Below, piece by piece: positions 52,507-64,000 of a stretch of DNA of 64,000 nucleotides. The stretch is from Centroscyllium fabricii (lineage: Eukaryota): assembly GCA_051313645.2 (NCBI GenBank), contig JBNRSN020000003.1, forward strand, positions 234,794,001-234,858,000. The letters run 5' to 3'. The notes under the pieces were generated by a model, which was not told the DNA's origin, did no database searches, and was given only the letters and a program-made list of their open reading frames with translations. Within the stretch, counting starts at the first letter, position 1; each line of letters begins with the position of its first letter. The translations under genes were made by a program, and so were the position numbers.

Positions 52507-54621
52507 TCTTACGGGTATTTTATATGTGTGATATTCTTTCACAGAGGCCAATGGTTGCAGTTTAAAACTTAGAAGGGTGACACCAGTGGTTGAACCCTGA
52601 AACATGATCGAATATAATGAACGACACAGTGTGACGCATTCTGTGATCTAATGTATATTTGGTATTTGAAAATAAAGTTCATATTTGGACTGAGAGGAGT
52701 GTCTCTATAGTAAAGCCTTAGTAAGGTTTGTCATTTCTTTGCAACAGTTTTTTAATGAAGGTAACCTCTGTTTAGCAGTAATGCACATTAAACCCTCCTT
52801 ACTTCCCAATCCATATAGGATACAATCAAATACAGCATTGCTTACCAGTGTGATGCCATGCTTCATTTATGCAAATTTGGTCAGCCCAAATTGATAATAT
52901 ATTAACTTCAGACAATGTCCATGTTGCTTTTGGCAGGATGTGACATAGGCATTTCTCTTTCACATTTGTAGACTAAATGTAACTCTAAAATCAATGTATT
53001 ATTTGACATACTCGCCTTATTATATTGTGAATACTCACAAAAATAACTAATTTAAAATTTTATTTTTAGGTATATCTTCCAGTGCATCTGGATGGAAAGG
53101 CAACCACAGACTCTCAATAGGCTGAATTTGCATTTCTGACTGGCATGAAGAGAAAAGGTGAGGTAGTTGACCTGGAGATGCAGAAGAAGGACACGGAGGA
53201 GGAACCCATCTTTATGTAAGTGTCCCAAAAGGGGGTATTTGGCCTAAGTTCTGATTCTGCTTGTAAACTGACACTTATCTTATCCCCAGCACAGACACTT
53301 GTAATTTCATCAATGCTGGTCAGTGAAGGAGGAAAGGCATCAACCCACCCTTAATATGACTTTTCTTCTGTGACTGGCTGCAGAATCACTTCTGTAAAAA
53401 TGCTTTTCAGCCATTCATCTGGCTGGATGTTGTGAGTGCTGGTTGCTGTCAGAGACCTGTTCTCCCGGCAAGTGGATCATATGATGAGGCATTGTGGTCT
53501 GAGCTGCTGGCCTCAACAGTGGCTTGCTTTGTTTCTGGAGAAGTTACTAGCTGAGACAAGACCAATGCGTTGTGGGTGCTATCACTCACCCCTTGCCTTA
53601 AGGCAGATGGTTTGAATCGGGCCTTATTCTCAGTCAGGGAAGCGACATATGGAGAGTATCACCCAGTTGGCATAGGCTGGAGTAAAGTTATCACCGTTCC
53701 TGTCAGTTCTTCTACATTAACTCTTTGAGGACTGCAGTACTTGTTTAACTCTTTGAGAATGGCAGTAGCATTTCTGCACCAGATCTAAAATGTTGCAAGA
53801 ACATATTTTATTTTTATTAGGAGAGCCCCAGTGGTATCACGAGTAGTTCCAGCAGGAGGGAATGGGGAATGGTGGAGGGTTGGGGGTGACAGGAAGGGGG
53901 AATTTTCTGACCAAACACTCTTAGAGATAGTATCAGGTAGTAGGGCATGTGAGCAGGAGTTTTTGTGTCAACTTTAGGGAATTGAGATTTAGGAGCAGAT
54001 ATGGGGATTGGAGCACTTGGGGTGGGCCTAGGTGGGAGTGAGTGCAGTGGAGTTGAAACACTCAAGGTAGGCCTGGGAGGAGGGTGATTCAGAGCTTGAG
54101 CACTCAGGATGAGGGACCTGGGACAAAGCAGATCAGGCAGAGTGGGTAAAATGACCAGAGTGGAGGAATAAGGAAAAAGGGAATGTGAAATTATCATGAC
54201 AACTCAAAATGGCTTGATTCCCCGCACCCCAACAATTTGATTGCTCTGTGTGGTTAGTATGAACCAATGTTGGGATTTGATTTGTACCTGGAATCACATA
54301 CTAGAGGCTTATTACAATCACACAATAGATTGGCTTTTTCCAAACTCGCTGGGTCAGGGGCGGGCGATGTTCGTGGCATGTGGGGATCTGGCATCTGTCT
54401 CGATCCCAGCCTCCAACAAGATTTTACAATGATAGGACTTGTTAAGACTGCTCTGCGAGGTTCACAGCCAATTAATAGGAAATTTGTCTGATTACGTCAT
54501 TTGATGACGCGTCATCAGCCAGTTTCCTTAAAGGGACCATCTCCAAATTGATTTTGACAGTTCTACTGTCAGCGTTCCACAGTTTTGAGGTGCTGCAAAC
54601 GCTGACAAGCACTGCGCAGAG

Positions 54622-54810
54622 GTGCACGTGCTTATGGAGGGAGTCACGGCATGTAGGGAGGTTCTCTTCCCTTCCAATGGGTGGAAGGCACCTCACCAGG
54701 ACACCAATACAGCCTGGCTGCACATTGCACAGGAGGGCTCAAGTGGGCATGTCATGTGGAGGACCAGGCTGCAGTGGCACAAACCTTTTAATGATCTCAG
54801 TAGATCACAA
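54622..54810 (+). pseudogene. Myb/SANT-like DNA-binding domain remnant (Harbinger accessory ORF type)
   Basis: LMEGVTACREVLFPSNGWKAPHQDTNTAWLHIAQEGSSGHVMWRTRLQWHKPFNDLSR fits the trihelix pattern VLF...AW..IA......RT..Q..K.FNDL. Confidence 0.7.
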
Positions 54811-55259
54811 ACGTTACTGCAAAGCCGCACGCAACCTCATCCTCCTGCACCACTCATTACATCCCCATCACTCTGTCTTCCCTACCCTACTTCTGCACAT
54901 CCTTACGCACACCAACTTAGCTTGCACCTCCACCCATCCCTCTCTATCTATATTATCACTGCTCCATCTCACTATCCGTCCCTCACACTCACCCTCATTC
55001 CAGTCCAATCATACCAAATAAGAACACACAAGGGTAGGCACTTGAATGTTTTAGCCAATGTTCATGTGAAGTTTCTGGTAATGTGCTGTCAAACATTGAC
55101 ATCTTTATTTTGAACACTTTGTGTTCTTGGACAGATTTGTATGCACCTTTGGAAGTGGCTTAGTGAGTTGCAGTGAATGGTGAGACATAACATCCCCCCC
55201 ACCACCACACACCAATGGTGATGAGTGTGAAAGGAATGGCTTGGACATTGTAGGGATGC

Positions 55260-55805
55260 TTTTTTTTATTCGTTCATGGGATCTGGGCATCGCTGGCAAG
55301 GCCAGCATTTATTGCCCATCCATCATTGCCCTTGAGAAGGTGGTGGTGAGCCACCATCTTGAATCGTCGCAGTCCGTGTGGTGAAGGTACTCCCACAGTG
55401 CTGTTAGGGAGGGAGTTCCAGGATTTTAACCCAGCATTGATGAAGGAGTGGCGATATACTTCCAAGTCAGGATGGTGTGTGACTTGGAGGGGAACTTGGA
55501 GGTGGTGGTGTTCCCATGTGCCTGCTGCCCTTGTCCTTCTACGTGATAGAAGTCGTGGGTTTGGGAAGTGCTGCCAAAGAAGCCTTGGCGAGTTGCTGCA
55601 GTGCACCTTGTAGATGGTACACATTGCAGCCACAGTACGCTGGTGGTGGAGGGAGTGAATGTTTAAGGTGATGGATGGGGTGCCAATCAAGTGGCTTGCT
55701 TTGTCCTGGATGATGTCAAGCTTCTTGAGTGTTGTTGGAGCTGCACTCATCCAGGCAAGTGAAGAATATTCCATCACTTTCCTTACTTGTGCCTTGTAGA
55801 TGGTG
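55260..55805 (-). mobile_element. 5'-truncated non-LTR retrotransposon 3' end (second CR1-group family with an A-rich tail)
   Basis: TIYKAQVRKVMEYSSLAW...LHHQRTVAAMCTIYK...KSWNSLP is a LINE ORF2 C-terminus, ending GAACGAATAAAAAAAA. Confidence 0.85.
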
Positions 55806-56225
55806 CTGGTGTGGGCTTGTGCCAACCTGGTGCATCATGTGGCAGCCGGGGTGTACAGTGTTAAGTGAAGCAAATCTGGACATGGTGAGGCCATCGCTGG
55901 CATCCCGGGCAGCAATATGCATGGGTCATGATGCCCTGTGTCCAGTGCAGCATCAGTTGTTTGTGGAGAAGGTTGGTGTAAATGTTTGTGCTGCTGGTGT
56001 GCCCGGTGATGCTGGTCTTGGTGCTGATTGTGTTGGGATTCTGAGGACCAAGGTGACATTTTTCAAGGGCACCGATGCTGATGGAATAGATGGCAGGTGA
56101 GGCTGAGATGACAGAAGTAATCTGTCAATGCTGTGACAGGTTGTTCCAAGGAGGTTACAGTGGATAGAGAGATTACTCCAAACACTTCTAAAGTGCATAA
56201 AGCTCAAACATGGATTCCAAATACT

Positions 56226-57712
56226 GAAACATAGGAACATAGAAGATAAGAGCAGGAGTAGGCCATTCGGCCCTTCGAGCCTGCCATTCAATTAGATCAT
56301 GACTGATCTTTCAGATTCAGTACCCTGTCCCTGCCTTCTCCCCATATCCCTTGATCCCTTCAGCCTGAAGAAATATATCCAACTCCTTCTTGAATATATT
56401 TAATGAACTGGCGTCTACCGCCCTCTGTGGCAGAGAATTACACAGGTTCACCACTCTCTGGGTGAAGAAATTCCCCCTCATCTCAGTCCTAAATGGCTGT
56501 CCCCTTATCCTTAGACTATATCCCCTGGTTCTGGACTCCCCTTTCATCGGAAACATCCTTCCTGCATCCAGTCTGTCCAGGCCTGACAGAATTTTATAGG
56601 TTTTGATGAGATCCCCTCTCAATCCTCTGAACTCCAGTGAGTATAAGCCCAATTGACTCAATCTCTCCCCATACGTCATTCCTGCCATCCCAGGTATCAG
56701 CCTGGTGAATCTTCGCTGCACTCCTTCAATGGCAAGAATGTCCTTCCTCAGATGAGTTGACCAAAACTGCACACAATACTTGAGGTGTGGTCTCACCAAG
56801 GTCCTGTAGAGCTGCAGTAAGACATCCTTGTTCTTATATTCGAACCCTCTTGCTACGAAGGCCAACATACCATTTGCCTTCTTAACTGCCTGTTGCACCT
56901 GCATGTTTACCTTCAGTGACTGGTGCACAAGAACACCCAGGTCTCTTTGCACTTCCCCATCTCCCACTCTATTGCCATTCAAATAATAATCTGCCCTCCT
57001 GTTTTTGCCACCAAAGTGGATAACCTCACATTTATCCACATTATAGTGAATTTGCCATGTATCTGCCCATTCCCCCAACCTGTCCAAATCGCATTGGAGT
57101 TTCTCGACATCCACCTCACAGCATACCCTCCCACCCAGCTTTGTGTCGTCTGCAAATTTGGAGATATTACATCCAATTCCCTCGTCCAGATCATTAATAT
57201 ATATTGTGAACAGCTGGGGTCCTAGGACCGATCCTTGCGGTACCCCACTAGTCACTGCCTGCCACTTGGAAAACGACCCATTTATTCCAACTCTCCATTT
57301 TCTATCTGTCAGCCAGTTCTCTATCCAAGTCAATACCTTGCCCCCAATCCCATGAGCCTTAATTTTACACGCTAATCTTTTATGAGGGACCTTATCGAAA
57401 GCTTTCTGAAAGTCCAAATACACCATGTCCACTGGTTCTCCCCTATCTATTTTACCAGTTACATCCTCAAAAAATTCCAGTAGATTAGTCAAGCACGATT
57501 TACCTTTTGTAAATCCATGTTGACTCTGTCCGATCCTGCCACTGTTTTTCAAGTGTACTGCTATTACATCTTTAATAATGGACTCTAGCATTTTCCCCAC
57601 TACCGATGTCAGGCTTACTGGTCTATAATTCCCTGCTTTTTCTCTGCCCCCCTTTTTGAATAGTGGGGTAACATTAGCTACCCTCCAATCCATGGGAACT
57701 GTTCCACAGTCT
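56226..57712 (-). mobile_element. 5'-truncated CR1 LINE with an uninterrupted 458-codon RT-containing frame (56317-57693)
   Basis: DWRVANVTPLFKKG, NYRPVSLTS, YLDFQKAFD, GVPQGSVLGP and KFADDTK motifs; 3'UTR and (TTCCTATG)-type tail at ~56226-56245. Confidence 0.96.
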
Positions 57713-59835
57713 GTCTGAAGGCTGAAGCATCTGAGATTGGAAAGTGACCAGCTGTAAAATGGTAGGTTTTAAACCACTTTTGCAGCTGTCACCTAATGAA
57801 AGAAATGGAGATTTGTTCAGAACCTGACATACTTACTTGGCGTGATCCCTGAGCAACGAGAACCTCGTGCAAAACTTGGGAAAATGCTTTATACCTCTAA
57901 AATGGTGATTAAATTGCTTTAAACACCCTCTTAACCAGCACAATTGCATGACATGCTGCTTAGTGCCGTGTCTGCAAAGCGCAGGCAGACCAGCACTAGG
58001 GAAGCTCACAAGGAGGCAGGTTTAGAGTGGGATACCGCCCCGCTGTCAATCCTTTGGATTTTGACAGCAGACCTGCCTCCGAACCCGACCTCTGTGTGCC
58101 AGCAAAATTCAGCCCAATATCACAATATAATATTACATACACAAGATTTTAAATAATGTAAATTATTCAAAGAATACTGTGAATTAGAAACTACTCTGAT
58201 GGGTTGCATTGTTTCAATTATATTTTGAGCTGTCACCATTAGGGTTTTGAGAATGTTCAGTTTTAAACTATTATTTAAAATAGAAAGTGTAAATACAGTG
58301 ACTGCCATACATCTGATGTGAGTCACCAACCATCCTAACACACACACACACTGGCATGTCCTCTGACCTGCTTAAGTCACAATCATGCAACTTTAGCATA
58401 GGGTTTCTGTAATATTTGGGTCAACACTAAGATTGCAGTTATGTTGCACTGCTAGTCTGAGACCAATAATTGTAGAGAGTGAAATGTTATACTGCAAATC
58501 TCACTCTGCCTGTCAGGAGGGAGTGCTGTCTATGTGCAAAGCTTGCAGCAACAGAATTTTACCCCCTAGCCAGAAATATTTTTATTAGAACAGTTGGGAA
58601 TGTCCAGTAAGACTGCCTAAGCTCTTTTTAAGTCCAGTTTCACGCTGCACTGGAATTCTACTTCATATGGTGCCGAGCCCAAGTGTTGTGAGGCAGCAAT
58701 CCCAAAGCAGCCTGACATCACACAGTCTTAGTGCATTCTATAATCAGAACAGAACCCAATTATGCTGCTACTTTGTCATCAATGCACACTCAAAACTGCT
58801 GCAAATTGGCATAAAAGTGACAGTACAACTGCTTCCTAAGAAATTCTGTAGTTAATCCATGTGATCTTTAATTGTTTGCCATTGCCTGTCCACCATCAAC
58901 CCTTTGAGTAACATTCCCCAATCAACCCCACCCAACTCGTGCCTCATATCAGCATAGGTTCCTTTATTTAAATTCAGGACCCTAGTCTCTGAGTCAAATA
59001 CTTCACTCTCCATCTTAATGAAGAATTCTATCATAATATGATCGCTCTGCCCCAATGGGCCTCGCACAACAAGATTGCTAATTATTCCTTTCTCATTACA
59101 TAACACCCAGTCTAAGATGGCCTGATTTCTGGTTGGTTCCTCGACATATTGGTCCAGGAAACCATCCCATTTACACTCCAGGAATTCCTCCTCCACAGTA
59201 CTGTTACTAATTTGGTTAGCCCAATCTATATGTAGATTCAAGTCTCCCATGATAACTGCTGTGCCCTTATTGCATGCGTCTCCAATTTCCTGTTTAATGC
59301 CATCCACAACCTCCGCATTACTGTTTGGGGGCCTGTAGTCAACTCCCACTAATATTTTCTGCCCCTTGGTATTTCTCAACTCTAGCCATACAGATTCCAC
59401 ATCATCAGAGCTAATATCCTTCCTTACAATTGTGTTAATCTCCCCTTTAACCAGCAATGCTACCCCACCTCCTTTTCCTTTTTGCCTGTCTTTCCTGAAT
59501 ATTGAACACCCCTGGATGTTGAGTTCATAGCCTTGGTCACCCTGGAGCCATGTTTCCATAATCCCAATCATATCATATCCATTTACCTCTATTTGGCAGC
59601 TAATTCATCCACCTTATTACAAATGCTCCCTGCAGTAAGACACAAAGCCTTAAGGCTTGTTTTTTTAACACACTTAGGCATTTCAGAATTATTATTTACT
59701 GTGGCCATGTTTGACTAAAATCCTTGATTTATCTGACTGCCACTTTTGATTTTCTCCTTCCTCTCTTTTGCTTCTATCCTTGTTTCCCTTTCCTCTGTCT
59801 CCCTGCACAGGTTCCCAACCCCCTGTCATTTTATT

Positions 59836-60768
59836 TTAAACCCTCCCCCACAGCACCAGCAAACACTCCCCCAGGACATCAGTCCCGGTCCTGCCCAGGT
59901 GCAAACCGTCCGGTTTGTACTGGTCCCACCTCCCACAGAACCGGTTCCAATGTCCCAGGAATTTGAATCCCTCCCCCTTGCACCATTCCTCTAGCCATGT
60001 ATTCATCTGACATATCCTTCTATTTCTACTCTGTCTGGCACGTGGCACTGGTAGCAATCCTAAGATCACTACCTTTGAGGTCCTATTTTTTAATTTACCT
60101 CCTAACTCCCTATATTCAGCTTTTAGGACCTCTTCCCAGTTTTTACCTATATCGTTGGTACCTATATGCACCATGACAACTGGTATTTCACCCTGCCCTT
60201 CCAAAATGCTCTGCAGCCGCTCTGAGACATCCTTGACCCTTGCACCAGGGAGGCAACATACCATCCCGGAGTCTTGTTTGTGGCCGCAGAAACACCTATC
60301 TATTCCCCTTACAATAGAATCCCTTATTACTATAGCTCTCCCAATCTTTTTCCTCCTGTCCTGAGCAGCAGAACCACCCATGGTGCTAGGAAGTTGGCTG
60401 CTGCTGTCTTCCCCTGATAAGCCATCTCCCTCAACAATATCCAAAGCGGTATATCTGTTTGAGAGGGGGATGGCCACAGGGGACCCCTGCACTACCTGCC
60501 TGCACCAACTACTCTGCCTGGCAGTCACCCATTCCCTTCCTGCCTGTGCAGCCTTTACCTGTGGTGTGACCAACTCATTAAACATAATATCCATGACATC
60601 CTCAGCATCGCAATTGCTCCAGTATGTATCCATTCGCAGCTCCAGCATCACAATGCTGTCTGCCAGTAGCTGCAGCTGGATACAATTCCCACACACGTGG
60701 TTGTCAGGGATGCAGATTTCCCACATAGTGCAGGAGGAGCATGCCACAGCACTGAGCTGTGCTGCCAT
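59836..60768 (-). CDS. CR1 ORF1 protein (Zn-finger plus SGNH esterase-like), open 310 aa
   Basis: CSSC..CGNC zinc motif; LSNRYTAL; IVIRDSIVR (normally GDS), HIGTND and DGLHL esterase blocks. Confidence 0.85.
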   Translation of the reverse strand: MAAQLSAVACSSCTMWEICIPDNHVCGNCIQLQLLADSIVMLELRMDTYWSNCDAEDVMDIMFNELVTPQVKAAQAGREWVTARQSSWCRQVVQGSPVAIPLSNRYTALDIVEGDGLSGEDSSSQLPSTMGGSAAQDRRKKIGRAIVIRDSIVRGIDRCFCGHKQDSGMVCCLPGARVKDVSERLQSILEGQGEIPVVMVHIGTNDIGKNWEEVLKAEYRELGGKLKNRTSKVVILGLLPVPRARQSRNRRICQMNTWLEEWCKGEGFKFLGHWNRFCGRWDQYKPDGLHLGRTGTDVLGECLLVLWGRV

Positions 60769-61014
60769 GACTTACCCTTTAATTAATTCAAAATAAATTA
60801 AATCAAAACAATCCCACCAATTAAACTACAATTAAATAATATACTCAAAGGCCCTTGTTTACCAGGAGACCCCGCTACACAACAGAGACCCAGAAGTATA
60901 AATCACAAAATTTAAGTCTGGAAAAAAGTGAGAAAGAGAGAAATACTCACCAACCAATCACTTACCTGCTTTTTGGTAGCTTCACACTTCGATTACTTTT
61001 TACTTCTCTCTCTC

Positions 61015-61215
61015 CTCTCACTGACTCTGTGCCTCTTGCAGGTCTGCTGCTCAGCTTGGGTCTCAGGCCTCCATTTCGTGCTCTTTTTGTCCTGCTCTCG
61101 CTGACTCTGTGCCTCTCACAGGTCCGCCACTCAGCTCTGGTCCCAGGCCTCCTTTTCACGCTCCTTTTATCCTGCTCTCGATGACTCTGTGTTTCTCGCA
61201 GGTCCGCCGCTCCGA
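61015..61215. repeat. 80-bp tandem repeat (~2.5 copies) in the CR1 5'UTR
   Basis: (c/a)tgactctgtg at 61021, 61101 and 61181, with matching intervening sequence. Confidence 0.9.
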
Positions 61216-62788
61216 TGTACACTTGTAAGGCAGAGCCGCTCGCAGCCTCTCCACCACAAGTTCCCTGAGGCCCTCCTAGGCCTAAGAAAACACAGCAAAA
61301 AATGTCTTAACTCTGAAAGGAACCATTTGCTGGGACAAACAAGGTAATCGATCCCATCTGGGATCAATTGCCTTTGTCTGCAGAACTCCTGGGCCTTTTA
61401 GCTGGTGAGAGTTCCACTGAGGTTTTATAAGGACATGGGGTGTTGGCGACAGATTCCGGTGCAACAGGAATCCGTTCCATTTTGCTGCCCCCAATCCGGA
61501 GATCTGCCAGCATTCCACCTTGGCCATGCTCAGAATTCTGGGGCTTTATTGTAATCATGCATTTTCTTTTATTTCATGTTCCTTAACTGAGCTAAGAGGG
61601 TTGTTTGGTGAGCTGACTGCAATCAGGGACTTGTTGGACAATGAACTGAGTACATATGATGCTATATTATAGCAGTGCATTGAAACTCTGTCATGCTACA
61701 ACATTCCACAAAAGGGAAATATTCTTAATGGGTTCCAGTAAAACTTATTTTCAAGCATCTCTAAACTAGAAAGGGACAAAATGAAATAGCTTCTTCATGG
61801 ATTGGAAATGAACTCAGTCAGCACCCAGAAACACTCTTGTAATTCTGAGAACTCATTCTCAAAATATTACAGAATAAAGTCAACCTCCATTCAGCTACCA
61901 GTGAAAAGTCCTATTGGATAATAATTATCAGAGCATGAATGATACCTTAGAATATTACCAACTCAACAGAAGAGCAATAAAAGCATGGCAAAGAATTTGT
62001 AGCGAGTGTCTGACAGAACTTTACATCTGATTTGTAAATTGTAGCTATCTGGTCAAAGCCTCAACAAACCTCCAATGGTTTTTGACTTCTTTTTGCACAA
62101 AGCCCACACACCCTTACTGGCAGTGACAACAGATATTGAATCTGTATGAATAACTATACTGTACATGCTTGTAAGGAATCATACTGGAGAGTTACTGAGA
62201 AGGGGTGTGTGTGCGCGCACAGTAATTGCATGATTGTTGGCCACAGATATGTATTAGCTTGCTCAGTTCACTCCAGCATCTGTGAAGACATCAGATTGTA
62301 ATCAGGCTTGTTGCTTTGTTGAAAGTGTCTGAAATTATACTTAACCACTTCACATGTTTAATGAAACATTCTGACTACAGTATTTAGATTAGTACATTGC
62401 ACAATGATACTTCAACATTTCCTTTTATTTGTTGCAGGACTGATGTGTGTTTTTCTAAATTTGTTAAAGTCTTTGTTGAGCTACAACCACTTCATGGTCA
62501 TTGATTTCACACAGATGGACCACATTTTATTGACTTTTCAGAAGGGCAGATACTATACCAACAGAAGTCCAGTTGTAGTTTCATGCCCTTCAGCAATATG
62601 GAAAGTGTAGCATCACCGCTGCCACCAATATAGCTGTAACTTGGGTATTTGTATACATGGAAATAGAAAATTTGTGAGCAATCAGAGTTACTATACAAAA
62701 AAATAATGGTAGAAAATATGGATACTGGAAATCTGAAATTAAACCAGATAGTGCTAGTACCCTGTATTTGATAATGAAGGGAAAATAA

Positions 62789-63440
62789 GGGGGAGAAATT
62801 GGGTGCCTTTGCATCTCTTGTTACCACCACCCGGGGGGGGGGGGGGCGCTAACAGGGCGCAAAATGCTTTGTGACCAGGCATGGCGCCAACATCAACTCC
62901 CATCACAATTGGCGTGAGTTTTGCTGCGGTGCTACGGCGTTGCGCCCGATCTCTTTTGCCCGGAGATCGTGACGTCATCACTGTCTGCATCGCCCCAGTA
63001 GCACCCCGGACCCGAAATTGACTTTCGGCCTCTACAGCAGCGCCAGTCGAAAACACCGACAGCTGCAGGAGGCATGCATTGGGCGGCCAGTCACTTTGGG
63101 GGTGATGATTTAAGGTGAGGTGGCCGAGGTAATTCAAAAAACCTGCCTTGGTGGTCCAGGTAGGTAATTTTTCTATTGCAGAGCCTGCAGCAATGGCCCT
63201 TCCCTTTAAAGGGAGGGAAGGAGCCTTTGCACGCGGCTGCGCTAAACAGCCCAGTGTGCAGCACTGCTGAAATCTCTGCCCTGATATTTGGGATTAGTGC
63301 TCCAAGAAGGAAGTGGAGTGCTTGATTTCGCGCTCCACCTCCCTCTTGGGGCGCTAAAACTGAATTTCACGGTTGTCAGTGCTAATTAGCACCGGGCGCT
63401 AAAGTTTGCACCCAGACGATGTTAGCACCCCCTAAGTTTC
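62789..63440. mobile_element. GC-rich non-autonomous TIR element (Harbinger/MITE-like), right end probably truncated
   Basis: Starts TAA|GGGGGAGAAATT; subterminal inverted pair GGGGGCGCTAAC (62842-62853) and GTTAGCACCCCC (63421-63432); CpG-rich versus its flanks. Confidence 0.55.
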
Positions 63441-63539
63441 TTAATGATTGTTTTCTGGAAGTATTCATTGGGGTGGGAAATATTGGCTTACTGCACAATT
63501 ACAGTCCACATTGTGTTAATGCGTTTTGCCCGCTGTATG

Positions 63540-63686
63540 AGCTTGAAGTAAAACGAGTAGCAACAGTAGATTTTGGAGATCGTAGTTTTGCATTAGATCA
63601 TACTGGCTCATCTTCAGCAGTCCATCCCTCTTGTTTAGGAGGTCAGTTTTCACGCTGAGGCTCATCGCTTTCCTCTTTCCAGCCAT
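63540..63686 (-). pseudogene. Tigger/pogo-like transposase N-terminal HTH-psq (CENP-B N) remnant
   Basis: MAGKRKAMSLSVKTDLLNKRDG..MSQYD then, in a shifted frame, AKLRSPKSTVATR, matching the KRK.lsl..K.......K.g.pkSTV.T pattern. Confidence 0.6.
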
Positions 63687-64000
63687 GTTTGCTGCTGCAG
63701 TCAATGCTGATTCGTGCAAGATTTAACCCAATAACAATGATAGGGGATTAAGTAGTCACGGTAATCACACTTTTACAAGGTGCAAACTGCTGAGTCTGCC
63801 TGGAATAGCACTTAATACGGTATCAGCGGTGTCTTTGTGAGTGACATCTATAGGAATGGCAAATGGCTAGTGTTAATTGTCCGGTATAGATGGTTGTCCG
63901 AAGTATCTGGGGTGGGGGGAGGGGGATTAAAAGTATTGTAGTGCAACAAATACCCTAGAGGATTTGGAAATCAATGTGGAGACAATAGTTCATAATTAAG

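Larger units (their letters stand above)
53119..58115. mobile_element. Putative PIF/Harbinger-type DNA transposon derivative with two nested LINEs
   Basis: Inverted ends AGGCTGAATTTGC...GCAAAATTCAGCCC, each flanked by AAT (53116-53118, 58116-58118), and an internal Myb/SANT-like remnant. The left boundary is uncertain (alternative ~54330). Confidence 0.5.
58853..61250 (-). mobile_element. 5' half of a CR1 LINE (5'UTR, ORF1, ORF2 endonuclease), 3'-truncated
   Basis: ORF1 at 59836-60768; APE endonuclease motifs IGIMETWL, FRKDR, GGGVALLV, YRPP, MGDLN, LDWVL, SDH at 58852-59571, with a frameshift near 59595. Confidence 0.93.

Noticed and set aside
56317-57693. 458-aa RT ORF as a domesticated host gene
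   Set aside because: Typical 5'-truncated CR1 with its own tail; the frame opens at the truncation point; an intact frame reflects recent insertion.
58648-61545. Possible MITE (GCACTGGAATTCT...AGAATTCTGGGGC) hosting the CR1 5' half
   Set aside because: The terminal match is too short and no target-site duplication is evident.

Overview
Vertebrate genomic DNA, very probably a cartilaginous fish (shark/ray), judged from a SacSINE1-like DeuSINE and shark-type CR1 tails. The window holds one protein-coding gene on the minus strand: the orphan nuclear receptor COUP-TFI/NR2F1. It has 3 coding exons (31976-31523, 30804-30277, 28580-28306; 418 aa), a TATA/Inr core promoter near 32.75-32.8 kb, a ~780 nt 5'UTR with two uORFs and a polyA signal at 27773. 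About 1-47 kb contains no transposon I can recognise, and about 2-43 kb retains CpG despite being AT-rich. That zone carries many candidate cis-elements, including a near-perfect REST/RE1 site, CTCF-like motifs, nuclear-receptor repeats and a Pbx-Hox/Meis module. From ~47 kb on, the sequence becomes a dense, nested set of transposon relics (CR1, L2, DeuSINE, Harbinger-like, MITE-like, Tigger-like). There are two assembly gaps. I found no convincing wholly novel gene system. The most interesting signals are regulatory architecture and a candidate DBD-less NR2F1 isoform exon. Comparisons with human sequences and repeat consensuses are from memory and need alignment.
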